Notes: a model not told the origin generated them from the letters alone. DNA of 64,000 bases from an uncultured Nitrososphaeraceae archaeon (GCA_963825865.1 CAWGVG010000048.1:24947-88946), one strand, 5' to 3'; positions 34,136 to 45,528 are shown, counted from the first letter of the stretch. Made by a program: numbers and translations.

Positions 34136-34230
34136 ATGAAATTTTAATTTGAACTCAATATGCTAGTTATGTGTGCTGATCAGGATGGATTAACTTCCAT
34201 TGATTATATTTTATAGTGTGCATCAAGGGA

Positions 34231-34270
34231 GTAAATTGTTTACAGCATGTGACCGTGTGACGAAGTCACA
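34231..34270. repeat. Dispersed motif, copy 1 (GTAAATTGTTTACAGCATGTGAC...GTCACA)
   Basis: Matches copies at 35767 and 55761; contains TGTGAC/GTCACA inverted half-sites. Confidence 0.75.
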
Positions 34271-34444
34271 TTTGCTAAGAATGGAGATTCAGTTATTTTA
34301 GAAGTATCTCCTAGTTATTATTCAACTTGGGATTATAGCAAAAGGAAATAGCAGGAAGATAATAAACATACTTGCTAGGTACAGTAATATGCATACTATG
34401 GTCTACTCCTCGTATAGGGGGCTATTGCAACTTGATCGCATGAT

Positions 34445-34693
34445 ATGGCATTAGCTGCAGAGAAGGGGTTCAAAAGTATCTCTATTCCAGCGATAAGTTC
34501 TGGCATTTTTGGATTTCCTAAGGATAAATGTGCAAAGATACTTGTAGAAGAGTCAGAAAGGTTTCTTGAACAATACAATAATAATAATAAGAAATGTTCA
34601 ATAGACATCATAGAATTTTGTATATTTGATAATGAGACTTTAGATTGCTTTAAAACTGAATTTGCTAATATCAAGGATATAAAAATAACATGA
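34445..34693 (+). pseudogene. Macro domain protein C-terminal fragment
   Basis: SISIPAISSGIFGFP motif; the N-terminal NAAN region is absent. Confidence 0.85.
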
Positions 34694-34779
34694 AACTTGG
34701 ATATGATGACCTTCTATTATACTGAATTAACACTTTTTTTGATTGATATTTAAATCAAAGCCATTGCCTAAACTTCTTT

Positions 34780-35709
34780 ATGTCTGCAGTAATGATGAAA
34801 TACATACTACTAGATTTGAATAGTGACAAAGATATTGCTATTATAAAAATCAACAGACCTGAAGTACTGAATGCTCTGAATAAAGAAGTTATGTCAGAAT
34901 TATCTACCGCAATTGACATCGTTGGTGCAGATGAAAAAATAAAGGTCCTAATTATAACTGGTACAGGAGAAAGATCCTTTTGTGCAGGAGCAGACATCAG
35001 GTACGTAGTAAATATTGATCCTATTGAAGCAGAAAGATATGCAACTTTTATTCATACCCTACTTAACAAGATAGAGAATTTAGAAAAACCCGTTATTGCT
35101 GCAATTAATGGGTACGCTTTGGGAGGAGGTTGTGAGCTGGCATTGGCATGTGATATTAGGATAGCGTCAAGCAATGCTAAGATAGGCCAGACAGAGGCTA
35201 CAATCGGTATTCCACCAGGATGGGGAGGGACTCAAAGACTGTTGAGGATTGTTGGTCCTGCAAAAACAAAAGAACTTATCTATACCGGTAAAATGATTAC
35301 AGCAGAAGAGGCAGAAAGAATTGGTCTTGTTAATAAATTAGTTAGTTTGACGCCAGAAGATGAATTAAGTGCAGCTAAGCGGACAACAGCAGCAGCCACT
35401 ACTGCCATAGCAACAACCACTACAGGTTCTTCTAAAGAAGAGCAGCAACGAGAAGAAAAACAAATAGCAGAAGGTAAACTAGCTAAAATTCTAAACAAAA
35501 AGTTGATGGATGAATGCCTTGCCTTTGCAAAAGATATTACAAAGAATAGTTTCATTGCTGTTAAAACTAGCAAAATGTTAATCAACAAAGGAATGGATGC
35601 AGATATTGATACGGGATTAAGGTTAGAGATTTATGGTTGGGCATTATGCTTTGCACATGAAGACAGACAAAAAATGATGTCTTCTTTTTTGAATAAAGGA
35701 AAGAAATAA
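34780..35709 (+). CDS. Enoyl-CoA hydratase/crotonase (related to the thaumarchaeal 3HP-CoA dehydratase/crotonyl-CoA hydratase)
   Basis: INRP..LNAL, FCAGADI, NGYALGGGCEL, GQTE..IGIPPGWGGTQRL; carries an approximately 40-aa low-complexity insertion. Confidence 0.92.
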   Translation: MSAVMMKYILLDLNSDKDIAIIKINRPEVLNALNKEVMSELSTAIDIVGADEKIKVLIITGTGERSFCAGADIRYVVNIDPIEAERYATFIHTLLNKIENLEKPVIAAINGYALGGGCELALACDIRIASSNAKIGQTEATIGIPPGWGGTQRLLRIVGPAKTKELIYTGKMITAEEAERIGLVNKLVSLTPEDELSAAKRTTAAATTAIATTTTGSSKEEQQREEKQIAEGKLAKILNKKLMDECLAFAKDITKNSFIAVKTSKMLINKGMDADIDTGLRLEIYGWALCFAHEDRQKMMSSFLNKGKK

Positions 35710-35766
35710 AGAGAGAAAGGTCTTCCTTTAGAGTAATTATTTTACCTTTCTCTGTCTAAGTTGTAT

Positions 35767-35788
35767 AATTTGTTTACAGCGTGTGACC
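35767..35788. repeat. Dispersed motif, copy 2
   Basis: AATTTGTTTACAGCGTGTGAC is identical over 21 bp to 55764-55784 and coincides with the break point of the sugar dehydrogenase fragment. Confidence 0.8.
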
Positions 35789-36445
35789 AGCTATGTTGTA
35801 TACCTTTTCTGTGTCGTTGGCTATGGGCCTACTTCCTCTCTCATCTGCTCCATTGGCCGTTACCAAAAGTTTCGTATTATTATTGCCAATAGGGGAAAAA
35901 GCCATTCCATACGCACTTCTAAAGCCCCAACCCACCATCCTAATATCTGTGCCATCCAAATTAGCACTCAAAATACATCCATTACATTTTACTTGGCCCT
36001 TGATTACTTGACCTTCATTTGCTGTGCTATTAAATGGAACAAATGCTCCTGTTGTTGCATTATCATTAGGCTCTGCTGTAAGTGGATTTTTGGTTACAAA
36101 GTTCTGTCCTGTTAATGTTATATTTTTACCTGGTATATCGGTGGCATTTGGAGTATTAGCAAGTCAGCCATAGTTATCCATTCCTAGCACTCCGCTATTG
36201 GTCCTAGTTCCTGTTCCAAAAAAGAGTCTCTTTCCATCCGGACTAAATGCTATCTGATTGTTAAAATGATCACCATTTTCTGGTAGTCCAAAGATAATAT
36301 CTTTTACCGTACCAATTGTGATATCAGCTGTCGATATTTTGCCCATATGAGATACGTATAGCAGGCCATTATGAAATGTAATATCCACTATAGGAGAGTT
36401 TAGTTTAGTATCAACAAATACGGAGACATTTCCGCTAGGATCTAG
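35774..36445 (-). pseudogene. PQQ/glucose-sorbosone dehydrogenase-like beta-propeller, internal fragment
   Basis: GLP..GDHFNNQIAFSPDG.RLFFG.GT.TNSGV.G and WGFRSAYGMAF...NGADERGSRP motifs; truncated at both ends, with an internal stop and a frameshift. Confidence 0.8.
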
Positions 36446-36482
36446 TCTATTTGATTATTAGATTCTAATTGGCAATTGTACC
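36446..36482. repeat. 37-bp direct repeat, left copy
   Basis: TCTATTTGATTATTAGATTCTAATTGGCAATTGTACC; 33/37 identical to 38253-38289. Confidence 0.85.
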
Positions 36483-36633
36483 TACCTTCCTTTTAAATTA
36501 AATAATGTCATTCATCATCAGCATAAGTCTTTGCACCTTTTCTACCAAGAATGCAATATTCTTTCTTTCATAATATAAAAAATAAAGAAGTTTTTTGTTT
36601 AATTATTATTATCTTCTCCTTGCTGTTGTTTTT

Positions 36634-38072
36634 TCAATCAACACCCTTCTTGAAGAGTATGTCAAAGTTTCCCGGTGTGTCGTCTTGCCATACTACATAG
36701 ATGTTGCCGCCACTTGAGATAATCTGCGGAACAGATGAATCTCCATCGTTGTTGCTTAGGTTTTTAGTACTACCAAATGTAGCTCCTTCATTGCCACTTG
36801 CTTTGAAGAATATGTCAGAGTCTCCTAGTGTATCGTCTTGCCATACAATACGTACTGCATCTGAAACTGAAGATATTTGCGCATTGGTTGAATTTCCTGC
36901 ATTGTTGCTTAGGTTTTTAGTACTTGCAAATGTAGAGCCGTTATTGGTACTCACCCTGAAGAGTATGTCAAAGTTTCCCGGTTTGTTGTCTTGCCATACA
37001 ATGTACACATTGCTTCCATGCAGATCCATCTGTGGAATAATTGAATTTCCATTGTCATTATTATTATTGTTGCTTAGGTTACTTATACTTCCAAAATGAG
37101 CTCCATTATCAGGTACTTTTTACAAATAGTATGTCATTGCAACGTGAGTTAATATCGCATGCTGTTTCAATAGGACGATCGCTCCATACCAAGTATACAT
37201 TGCTGCCTGTTGCCTCTAAATCCAAACCTCCTGGGGTGCATATGTCGTCTTCTATTATTCTATTTACACTTCCAAAGCTACTACCGCTATTTGTACTTCT
37301 TACAAACTCTAAATCATCAGTCTCTGGACATTGACCATGGTCTTCTCCTCCACCAATCCAGGCTACATATACGTTATTTCCCGTAGCAGCTATATGGAAA
37401 TCTCTAAACCCTACTAGAAATTCCTCTACTATATCTGAAAGAATCTTTACACTTCCAAAACTTGCTCCTTCATTTGTACTTCTCTTGAATAATATCAGAT
37501 GGTCATCATCAGAGTCATGGTTAAGCCAGGCTATATACACGTTATTTCCAACTGCAGCTATTTGTGGATTGGTCGAATTATCTTCATCATTGCTCAGATT
37601 TATAGTACTTCCAAAATGAGCTCCATTATCAGTACTTTCTTTTAAAGAACACATCGCCATTTTCACTCCATACAACGTATACATTACTTCCTATCTTGGC
37701 AATCTTTTGATCAGGTACTAAGCCTTTTGCTTCTCCAGCTGCGTTATTGCTTAAATCTACAATGCTATGAAAGTTATTTCCAGCATCACTGCTTCTTCTA
37801 AAGAATGTATCACCGTCTCCTTTAGTCTTATCTTCCCATACTGTATATACATTACTAGAAGATACCTGCACCTGGGGGTTAGTTGAATCTCCATCATTGT
37901 TGCTCAGATTCTTTGTATTTCCAAATGTTATTGCATATGCTGGTCGTGCTGCTGTAGTTACTACAAGTGTTCCTCCTACTACTAATGTTGCTGCCAAAAA
38001 GATAGCAACAATTGCTGTTAGAGTAATTCTTTTTGTTGTAATTGTGTTGTTCGTACACATTTTCGTTACCAA
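36634..38072 (-). CDS. Secreted BNR/Asp-box repeat (sialidase-like beta-propeller) protein, split by two frameshifts
   Basis: Signal peptide plus about seven repeats of NLSNN.GDS..PQI...G.NVYVVW.D......DI.F..S.DNG..FG. Confidence 0.85.
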
Positions 38073-38252
38073 GTATTAATTACAATGTTATGTGTATATT
38101 TGACTTGAGTAACTTAATGCTGACTTATTTCGTATAACTAATCAGAATATCAAATCAAGTATAATTAGTCATATAACTATTACTAGTCTGTTATAGTAAT
38201 CTCTTACCACTATAGAATATACTGAAAAGAATATGATTTGAGAAAGTATTAT

Positions 38253-38289
38253 TCTATTTGATTAAGTGATTCTTATTGGCAATTGTACC
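38253..38289. repeat. 37-bp direct repeat, right copy
   Basis: TCTATTTGATTAAGTGATTCTTATTGGCAATTGTACC. Confidence 0.85.
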
Positions 38290-39094
38290 CTTGATTTGAT
38301 AGACGTACTGTTCTAACACAAACAGAGGAAAGTTAACGCTATTCCATAGTGAATCTGTATATGTTAGAAGATGATGATGATGATGATTAGAACTTTCTAT
38401 TTGGGTCTGTACCTAGATCATAGCCAGTAGAAGAGATACTATTGTTTGCATCCATTTTATTACTTGTAAACACGTCACCACTATCTAAATGTGGCTTATA
38501 GTTACTAACAGCAGGCACTAAATCTTACAAATTTGCTAACGATCTTGTACATGCTATTATTCTCTTCGCAAAAGACAGCTTTATGCATTTTGAAAAATTG
38601 ACATCAGTCATTATGTATAGTCTATTTTTTGAATTTTCTATAAAATAATCACCTTGGCCATATTTGTACCATTTGGATCTGGATATACATATAGCTGTAA
38701 AAATTCTTCCTGATTGCCGATCGAGGAGATAATAAATAATGGCACCAAGTTTGAAATCCTGTTCAGCATGTCTGATATATTGTACTGACATAATAAGTTT
38801 TAACAATAGCGTATGGATTGGTAACATTACGTATGACATATCGCCATGACAATCATTTCCATTCCAAATGTCAGTAATCAAGAGTCATGAAGGAATGAAA
38901 GACCCTAATCAAATAAGTACAATAAGGTACTGCTTAGGATTTTAAACCAAAATGTTTATGCTCAATCTGCCTTGTGATTAGTAATAGTTCTTTAATAATA
39001 TATAGTATATTCATGGCATGCCAACAAGAGATAGGATCTGAATCTATGATGACTCTAAAACATGAATTTTAATAGATCTTCTTTTTTAACTAAG

Positions 39095-39407
39095 AATATG
39101 CTCTTCGATTTGTGTAGAGACTTCATTAAGGGATGGATTTAACATCGGATACGATGTGATGCTGATATCTGATGCCACAGCATCAGGTCATAGGAGACAT
39201 TATGAAACAACCTTAGAAAGGGTGAAAGATTACTATGGATTAGTAATGGATAGTGAACGGTTTAAAAAATCGATTTCTATCCTAGATAAGGTAAGAAAGG
39301 GTCAGGTAGATTTACGTAATATGTCAGAAGAATCTATCAATGCTTTTCTAGATGAATTTAATTTACTAGATCCTAGGACCTTTGCTCTCGAAACAACTAC
39401 AGCTTAA
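39095..39407 (+). pseudogene. Isochorismatase/cysteine hydrolase C-terminal fragment
   Basis: ICVETSLRDGFNIGYDVMLISDATAS motif; N-terminus missing. Confidence 0.8.
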
Positions 39408-39459
39408 AAAAAGAACATTTGGTAATAGTGGTATGGCTTCTAGAAGATCAGTTAAGCCA

Positions 39460-39540
39460 GTCAGAGGGCAGAAAGCCTATTGAAGTATCATTGAAGTTGC
39501 CATTAAATTAGATCTTGGAGCCGATGTTGTAGATAGGTTA
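39460..39540 (+). pseudogene. Short remnant of the HTH/coiled-coil family
   Basis: SEGRKPIEV..IEVAIKLDL resembles FSERRTLAQVAIALNL in 32959-34011. Confidence 0.45.
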
Positions 39541-39745
39541 TTAAATATGGCCTATAAGGAGATACCTTGTTATCTATCTCTCTTATTTTTTCATATAGTT
39601 CAAAGCCATTCATCTGTTACATATTAATGTCCACCGCTCTTTATTAGAATAAAACGCACTTTTCTCCAACCAGTTATGGTGGATTTAGGAATAAACGAAT
39701 ACGCTCTTCTAAAGCAAATATACCAATTAGCTTATTCATAACGTA

Positions 39746-39845
39746 GTGAAATCTTCTACCATCAATCTTCCTTTACATGGAGGACATGCTCCCTCATACT
39801 TAATCAGGCGAATGATCAAACTCTCCTATGCAATCTCAAAAGTAA
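39746..39845 (+). pseudogene. DUF763-like protein N-terminal fragment
   Basis: INLPLHGGHAPSYLIRRMIKLS motif, truncated after about 33 codons. Confidence 0.7.
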
Positions 39846-39869
39846 CCACCTTCAGGAAGGGATTATGGT

Positions 39870-40139
39870 TTAGAAGCCAGATAATGCAATCTTTCCAATC
39901 ATTCTACCAGATCCCAGCTTCTTGTATGCCTTACGCAGATTTTCTGCATTTATTGGAGACAACTGGTCTGTTAAAGTAGTTTTTATTTTCTTACTATCAA
40001 TAAGAGCGACGGCTACTGCGTTGAGCAAGTGATGTTGTGCTATCATATCGTGGGTTTGGAATAGAGGCCTTGTGAACATGAGCTCCCAAACAAACGTAGC
40101 ACTTTTCTGCCATAGTATACCACCTAGGTCAGCTGACAT
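39870..40139 (-). pseudogene. Zinc-binding alcohol dehydrogenase-like (quinone oxidoreductase) C-terminal fragment
   Basis: KSATFVWELMFTRPLFQT.DMIAQH.LLN...INAENLRKA...SGRMIGKI. Confidence 0.8.
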
Positions 40140-40160
40140 TTGTCCAACCAGATCGTTTTA

Positions 40161-40805
40161 TTAGCTGCTTGTATTAATTATCATTTCTTTACAATGATGA
40201 TGTAGTAAACTTTGCTTTTGTTCCTTTGTAAGATAATCGCTAAAATCTGATTCATGATAGCAACAAAATGCTTTTAGTTTTAAATCAAACTTTGGAGGTA
40301 AAGTAGTTTCATGTTCGATAAGCTCTTGTATTTTATTAAAATAAAAAAATGCACCCATATCAGCTATTACACAAACACCAGTCTTTCCAGAATGTTTTGC
40401 ATGCTCTAATAACATTCCTACAAATACCTTGATCTCTACTACTGTATTGGAACCAAAATATGCTTTCTTGGAATCTACAATTACAAGAGAGCCTTCTTTT
40501 TCATGCTTCCTTATATCTAAGCTACTGACACGATCATCACAACTAAGATCATCGCTCGTTGACAGAATTTTTCTAACAGATTCAGTAGTTTCATAAAATG
40601 GAAGAAGCAAGACGATATCATTTTTATTTTCAAGTTGCATTTTTGAATAAACACTATAAATTTTCCTAAAAGTAAGTAAATCAGGATATACAATAATGTA
40701 GTGGGAACCATAGTCTGCTTGCAGTATAGTTTCCAAGATGTGATTAATGTTGTCATAATGATCAATATTTCTGACATCAATAATGTTTTTTTTATCATGA
40801 GTCAA
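40161..40805 (-). CDS. MEDS sensory domain protein
   Basis: H...VYPDL..FR..Y, G..GV.VIADMG.FF, EHE and FCCYH motifs. Confidence 0.75.
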   Translation of the reverse strand: MTHDKKNIIDVRNIDHYDNINHILETILQADYGSHYIIVYPDLLTFRKIYSVYSKMQLENKNDIVLLLPFYETTESVRKILSTSDDLSCDDRVSSLDIRKHEKEGSLVIVDSKKAYFGSNTVVEIKVFVGMLLEHAKHSGKTGVCVIADMGAFFYFNKIQELIEHETTLPPKFDLKLKAFCCYHESDFSDYLTKEQKQSLLHHHCKEMIINTSS

Positions 40806-40915
40806 ATGCTAAGCATCATATCCTATCTCCTTCTTACTACTCAATCAAATGATATAAAAGGTCATTATAAGTTTTTTCAGTAATTTCTCTCTTGTATTTA
40901 GCAGCTTTTCTATCG

Positions 40916-41326
40916 TTATATACTTGTATTGTAATAATTTCCAACAATATGCCTTTGAATAATATTAGTTAACTGCCTAGGAGATACTGGTTTCTGTACG
41001 AAATCATCTATCATAATTGATCCTAGAGATGTTGATAATTCGTTATTATCAATCTCAAATGCAGACATAAGCAAAACTTTGGTTATTGGATTTATCTGCT
41101 TAATCCTTTTTATGAATTCAAATCCGGTCATTCCTGGCATCCTTATGTCAGAAAGAACAATTGCACAGTTGTTATAATTTAACTTGAAATATTCTAATGC
41201 CAATAATGGCCTAGTAAAACCATAAACATGACTAAAACCTCCGTCTACTTCTAGTGATCGTTTAATTACATGAAGTATGTCTAATTCATCATCAACAACT
41301 AACACAGATTTTTGATCTAATGTCAT
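40916..41326 (-). CDS. Single-domain response regulator receiver
   Basis: VLVVDDE, SDIRMPGMTG, MSAF and KP motifs. Confidence 0.92.
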   Translation of the reverse strand: MTLDQKSVLVVDDELDILHVIKRSLEVDGGFSHVYGFTRPLLALEYFKLNYNNCAIVLSDIRMPGMTGFEFIKRIKQINPITKVLLMSAFEIDNNELSTSLGSIMIDDFVQKPVSPRQLTNIIQRHIVGNYYNTSI

Positions 41327-41391
41327 ACCTCAGATGGCTATAAGTTACTATATTATAGTCCTATTTAAGTAAACTTTTCTAAGTACGATAA

Positions 41392-41529
41392 TTGCAATTC
41401 CGAGCCGCTCCTCCTAATATCAACTGTAAAGAATGTGGAATGCAATTCGAAAGTAAAGATAATTTACAAAATCATATTAAGAAAGCTCATTCGGACAGAG
41501 GAGAAAGAAAAAGACCTGAGCACCAATAA
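41392..41529 (+). CDS. Small C2H2 zinc-finger protein (45 aa, possibly a fragment)
   Basis: NCKECGMQFESKDNLQNHIKKAH; TTG start uncertain. Confidence 0.55.
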   Translation: MQFRAAPPNINCKECGMQFESKDNLQNHIKKAHSDRGERKRPEHQ

Positions 41530-41535
41530 TTGTTG

Positions 41536-42613
41536 TCATCGAATCAAAATTTTTGTCTTTAAGATATCCATTGAACAATAATAAGCAGGAGATAAAAAAT
41601 CTGTTTGGCCATGGATAGTTAAATCAAGAGCACCAAATAAAGAATCACCAACATCTGCTATGACAATTACATTATCAGTTATAGAAAAGTTAAGACGTTC
41701 AAACAACCGTTTTACAGTTATCTTTTGGTTTCTTGCACGTGAGAAATGCTTGTTGTTGTTCTTAGCGTGATAATGATTGTTGTCGTTGTTCTTTATATTA
41801 TTACCTTGTTTTCCAACTGACACAAAATCTTTTCTTGTCAAAGATGCTTCTATCAAACTAGTAAGAAAATCTTGTAAAAGTACATTTTCAAAGTTATGAT
41901 GTTTAATTGATATTTTTTCACTGCTGACATAGATACTTTTAGATTGTTCTATGGGTGTAGTGGAAATACTAAAGTTAATGTCTGTCATAAGGGCGCCCAG
42001 TAAAATCAAACAGTCGCTGGATTCAACATATTCTCTGACTGGTTGGTGTCCCATTGCACCCTCATATACTCCAATGTAAGATGGATGATCCTCACTTATT
42101 ACTGACTTACTTAAGACAGTCGCTACTATAGGAATGTTTGTCTTATCCGTTAATTGGAGTACTTTATCTTGTAATCCAAAACGGTGTATTTCTACTCCTG
42201 CAATAATGACTGGTTGTTTTGAAGAATTTATCATTGCAGTTGCTTCCGCTAAAGCTTCTTGCATGGATTCCATGTCTGTTTCATATCCTTCTTCTTCTAC
42301 TTTGGCAGTTTTGGAGTATGTAGCAGAAGTGCCTACACATTGCTCTTGGTAAATGGGTATTGGTGTTGATACCTTGTCCCGTGGTAACTCGATATATACT
42401 GGTCTTTTATACCTGGTGGCTGATGACAGCACTCAATCAATATCTTTGGCAGCTGCTTCTTGGATTATCTATCAGAACAGAATCAATAGTCATGTGTTCA
42501 AAGATCTTTTGCTGTGTATCAAAATCTCGAACCTTATGATGAAGAAGTGGATTCTTTCTACGTTCTTTTATTCCTGGCGCACCAGATATCACTACGAGCG
42601 GAGATTTTTCAGC
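41536..42613 (-). pseudogene. TPP-dependent alpha-keto acid decarboxylase, truncated at both ends
   Basis: [14 protein letters not shown]...LLHH, RPVYIELPRD, SKSVISEDHP.YIGVY.G, ADVGDSLFG, PAYYCSM; ends before the GDG TPP motif. Confidence 0.88.
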
Positions 42614-42820
42614 ATCTCGCTGAATATTGTTTGCTTTGACTGATGTGTCACCAGTGGTAAAAATGATATCTCCTACCTTACCTTTACTATTGCTTTTATC
42701 TAATACAAACCAAATTGGAACAACATGAGAACTTCCATCTTTTTTAACTGTGGCAAGCTTTCCAGTGAAGGTACCTTGCATAAGAAATCTTCCAATTTGT
42801 GCTTTGGACATTTCTGTCAT
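42613..42820 (-). pseudogene. PPOX-class F420-dependent oxidoreductase N-terminal half, fused in frame to the decarboxylase fragment
   Basis: [20 protein letters not shown]...FTT...S.KANNIQRD is followed directly by decarboxylase AEKSP. Confidence 0.8.
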
Positions 42821-43182
42821 TATTATTATTATTATTATTATTTATCCTGCTTGTTGAATATAATATGTGCAGCAAGGATCGTCTTTTCTTTAGTCTGGGC
42901 TCGTTTCACATCACTGACACGGTGCTCGGTAACCAGAGCAGAAGTAATCCACCCATCTAACTCTTACAAACTTAAAACATACCAACAGTTGCATGTAAGC
43001 AAGTCTAGCTTCATAGAATAGCATTCTGACACTATAGTTATTCTCTGGTTAACACATCTCAGATCACCTTTAAAGGAATATGACCTTTATTCACTCCAAA
43101 AAAGATTGTATAAAAAAGAGCAAAAAATCTATACCCTCTTCTTTAGATTCCCATTATTCTCAATTCACTCACTATTATTTCA

Positions 43183-44588
43183 TTAACTAGTTGCAGTGGC
43201 AGCCGCAATACAAAATTCTGTTAAAGCAGAACTTACTTCTTTTATGACATTTTGCATTTCAGAAAACGGAGGTATAAATCCAGTCTCTTCTTTACCAAAC
43301 TCAATAGTAAAGCCATATGTCTTTTGGTTGGTTTTATTTACTATATGACGGCTAAATGCATAGTCGTCAGAGGTAGCAGATGTAGGATAAAGTCCGACTG
43401 CTTGCTCGACTCTATATTTTCTTCCACGCACTCTCTCCAATGCATAGTTCATTCTGTTAGCAAGATTTTTCAACATTTTTTCATCCTGACTGTCAATATA
43501 CTCCTTAAATTCTAAATCTCTTGGTATACCTCGCACTCTATCATATTTGGGATTTTGAAAATTCATATCATGGTCTAGGTTTTGATTATCGTCATCTCCC
43601 CAGCTATACAGAATCATTTCTCCAAAGCTATGCACATCTGCATAATAATTTATACTAGTGTATGTATCAAACAAATACTTTACATTTTTTGTTTCAGGTT
43701 CAGAAAATGCAGCTTTTCCTCTAAAAGTCTCACCCATGTTAGTACCGTCAGAATTTACAGTTCCAATGCCGCTACTCCAAAGAAAATCAAAGTTACGATT
43801 GATATCAACCCCTATACCATGATATTTTGGATAATCTATGTTTGGTACAGCTGCAGGATTTCGATTCTTACGCCACCAAATTCCTTCATCATCTGGTGGA
43901 AGATTTGGATCATCATTTGTCTGTGAATATATCTTTCCATCAGGATTTACATCTGGAAATACAAACAAGTCTATGCTCTCAAGCATCTTCTTTATCTGTG
44001 CTGGAGGAAATGTCGTTTCTCCATACATAATTGTAGTGTTGTTTACATATGCATCTATTAGATTTGTGAGAAAGCTTATGCAAATATCAGAACCACCCCA
44101 TTCCCTTGCATGCATACCTCCTGTGATTAACACTCCAGCTGCCCACCATTGTTACCCGCATGTACACGTACAGCTCTGCATAGACGATCTTTCCATGTTC
44201 TATTTGGAAGTTCTATTAACGTGATAAATTCAGGATGAGCATTGCTAAGATTCAGTAAAGCGGTTTCTACTTCATCTGCATTCATATATCCGCCAGTTTC
44301 TGCGCTTTCACGCAATTCTGATGTTTTTTTTGTCTTAATGAAACGATTTACTTTTGATACCTCTTGCGTTCGCTCTTTGCTCATTTGAGATAGATCTGAT
44401 AGAACTTCAACTGTATAACCAGCAGACTTTACCTGCTGTATTTGTTCGTCGCTAAGAATACCTGTTACAATGAATCTATCTGTGCCTTCCTGCCTTGCAG
44501 TACCGCTTCTTAAATCTAAATGATATTTATCTAGACCTCTTAGTTGTTCATATGACCTAGCAGTGATTCTTACAATAAACTTTGCCAT
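43183..44588 (-). CDS. M14 zinc carboxypeptidase with prodomain, one frameshift near 44135
   Basis: HAREW, NPDG, WRKNR, GVDINRNF, SEPET, DVHS and FTIEFG motifs. Confidence 0.9.
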
Positions 44589-44904
44589 CTTTATTAGCTC
44601 CTATTCTGCCTCCTTCCAAATTTTGATCATTAAGTTCTCATGTGAACTGATTACGGTAGGTGTTTTCTTATTCATAAGAATTTATTTTTGTGATGATTAA
44701 TAATGTTATATCATATCTATTTATGAAAACTAATTTTCTAATGAAGAAATCTTTATAATATACGTAGGTTTTGGGAACTAATGCTTACATTTTAGCAGTC
44801 CCTATTGACTTAATTTGCCATAACTTACAGTGGACAATTTATTTTTGGATATATTATAAAATCTCTATATTTAACAGATCGCATTCTCAATAGCAGGTTA
44901 CATT

Positions 44905-44990
44905 ATTCGGTTAGCAAAGAAATATGGTAAAACGCCTGCTCAAGTTCTAATACGCTGGAGCTTACAGCATAACACGGTACTGATTCCAAT
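44905..44990 (+). pseudogene. Aldo/keto reductase micro-fragment
   Basis: LAKKYGKTPAQVLIRWSLQHNTVLIP. Confidence 0.7.
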
Positions 44991-45132
44991 CGATATCGCC
45001 GTTAGGCATTTTAGCCGCTAGAGTTGAAGCCCTTCGTCCCTGCAGCTCTCTTTCTTTCTCTATGTTTAGGAATAGAGCTGCATTTAATTTATACTTTGAA
45101 TTTTATATCATAGTCGATGCAATAGGAAAATT

Positions 45133-45528
45133 ATGTTAGATAATAATTATAAGCAAGAAGAAGATGAAATGATTGCATTTTTTAGCATAGCTTCTAGAGA
45201 CTTTGATAAAGATCTGATTATATTAAAAGAAGTTTTACATCGGTTTGAGCAAAGAACGCACTCGGAAAATGCTTACAAATTCAGTCAAAGGGCAACATTA
45301 GCTGCTGGCTGGTGGTTTTATGATGTGTTCTTTAAACGCGATTTTATACAAAAGATTTTTCAGCTATTATTGTCCCATAACTTTTCACATGATAACAAAA
45401 AGGCTACCACAACAAAAATAGTTGACACATTTCAAGACCAAATAAAGAAAAATGGTTCAAATGCTAGAATAAAGATGTTCGGCGATATTCCTTTTGCTAC
45501 TCCCTGGTGGTCTTGGCTATTTAGATAA
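45133..45528 (+). CDS. Hypothetical protein (decayed paralogue at 54159)
   Basis: 131-aa ORF; the second copy conserves FFSIASR.FD.DL and FSQRATLAAGWWFYDVFFK. Confidence 0.75.
   Translation: MLDNNYKQEEDEMIAFFSIASRDFDKDLIILKEVLHRFEQRTHSENAYKFSQRATLAAGWWFYDVFFKRDFIQKIFQLLLSHNFSHDNKKATTTKIVDTFQDQIKKNGSNARIKMFGDIPFATPWWSWLFR

Noticed and set aside
36634-38072. Approximately 150-bp periodic nucleotide repeats
   Set aside because: Explained by the BNR/beta-propeller protein repeats.
38148-38301. 12-bp inverted repeat TATCAAATCAAG/CTTGATTTGATA as a MITE
   Set aside because: AT-rich, no target-site duplication and no second copy seen.
38525-38881. 118-aa ORF (also 60570-60800, 19791-20027, 55841-56131)
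   Set aside because: No recognisable motifs and doubtful starts; cannot be supported as genes, although some may be remnants.
44990-45050. GC-richer patch as a tRNA or att remnant (also 52710-52790 and 20740-20820)
   Set aside because: No cloverleaf, TTCGA T-loop or CCA end found.
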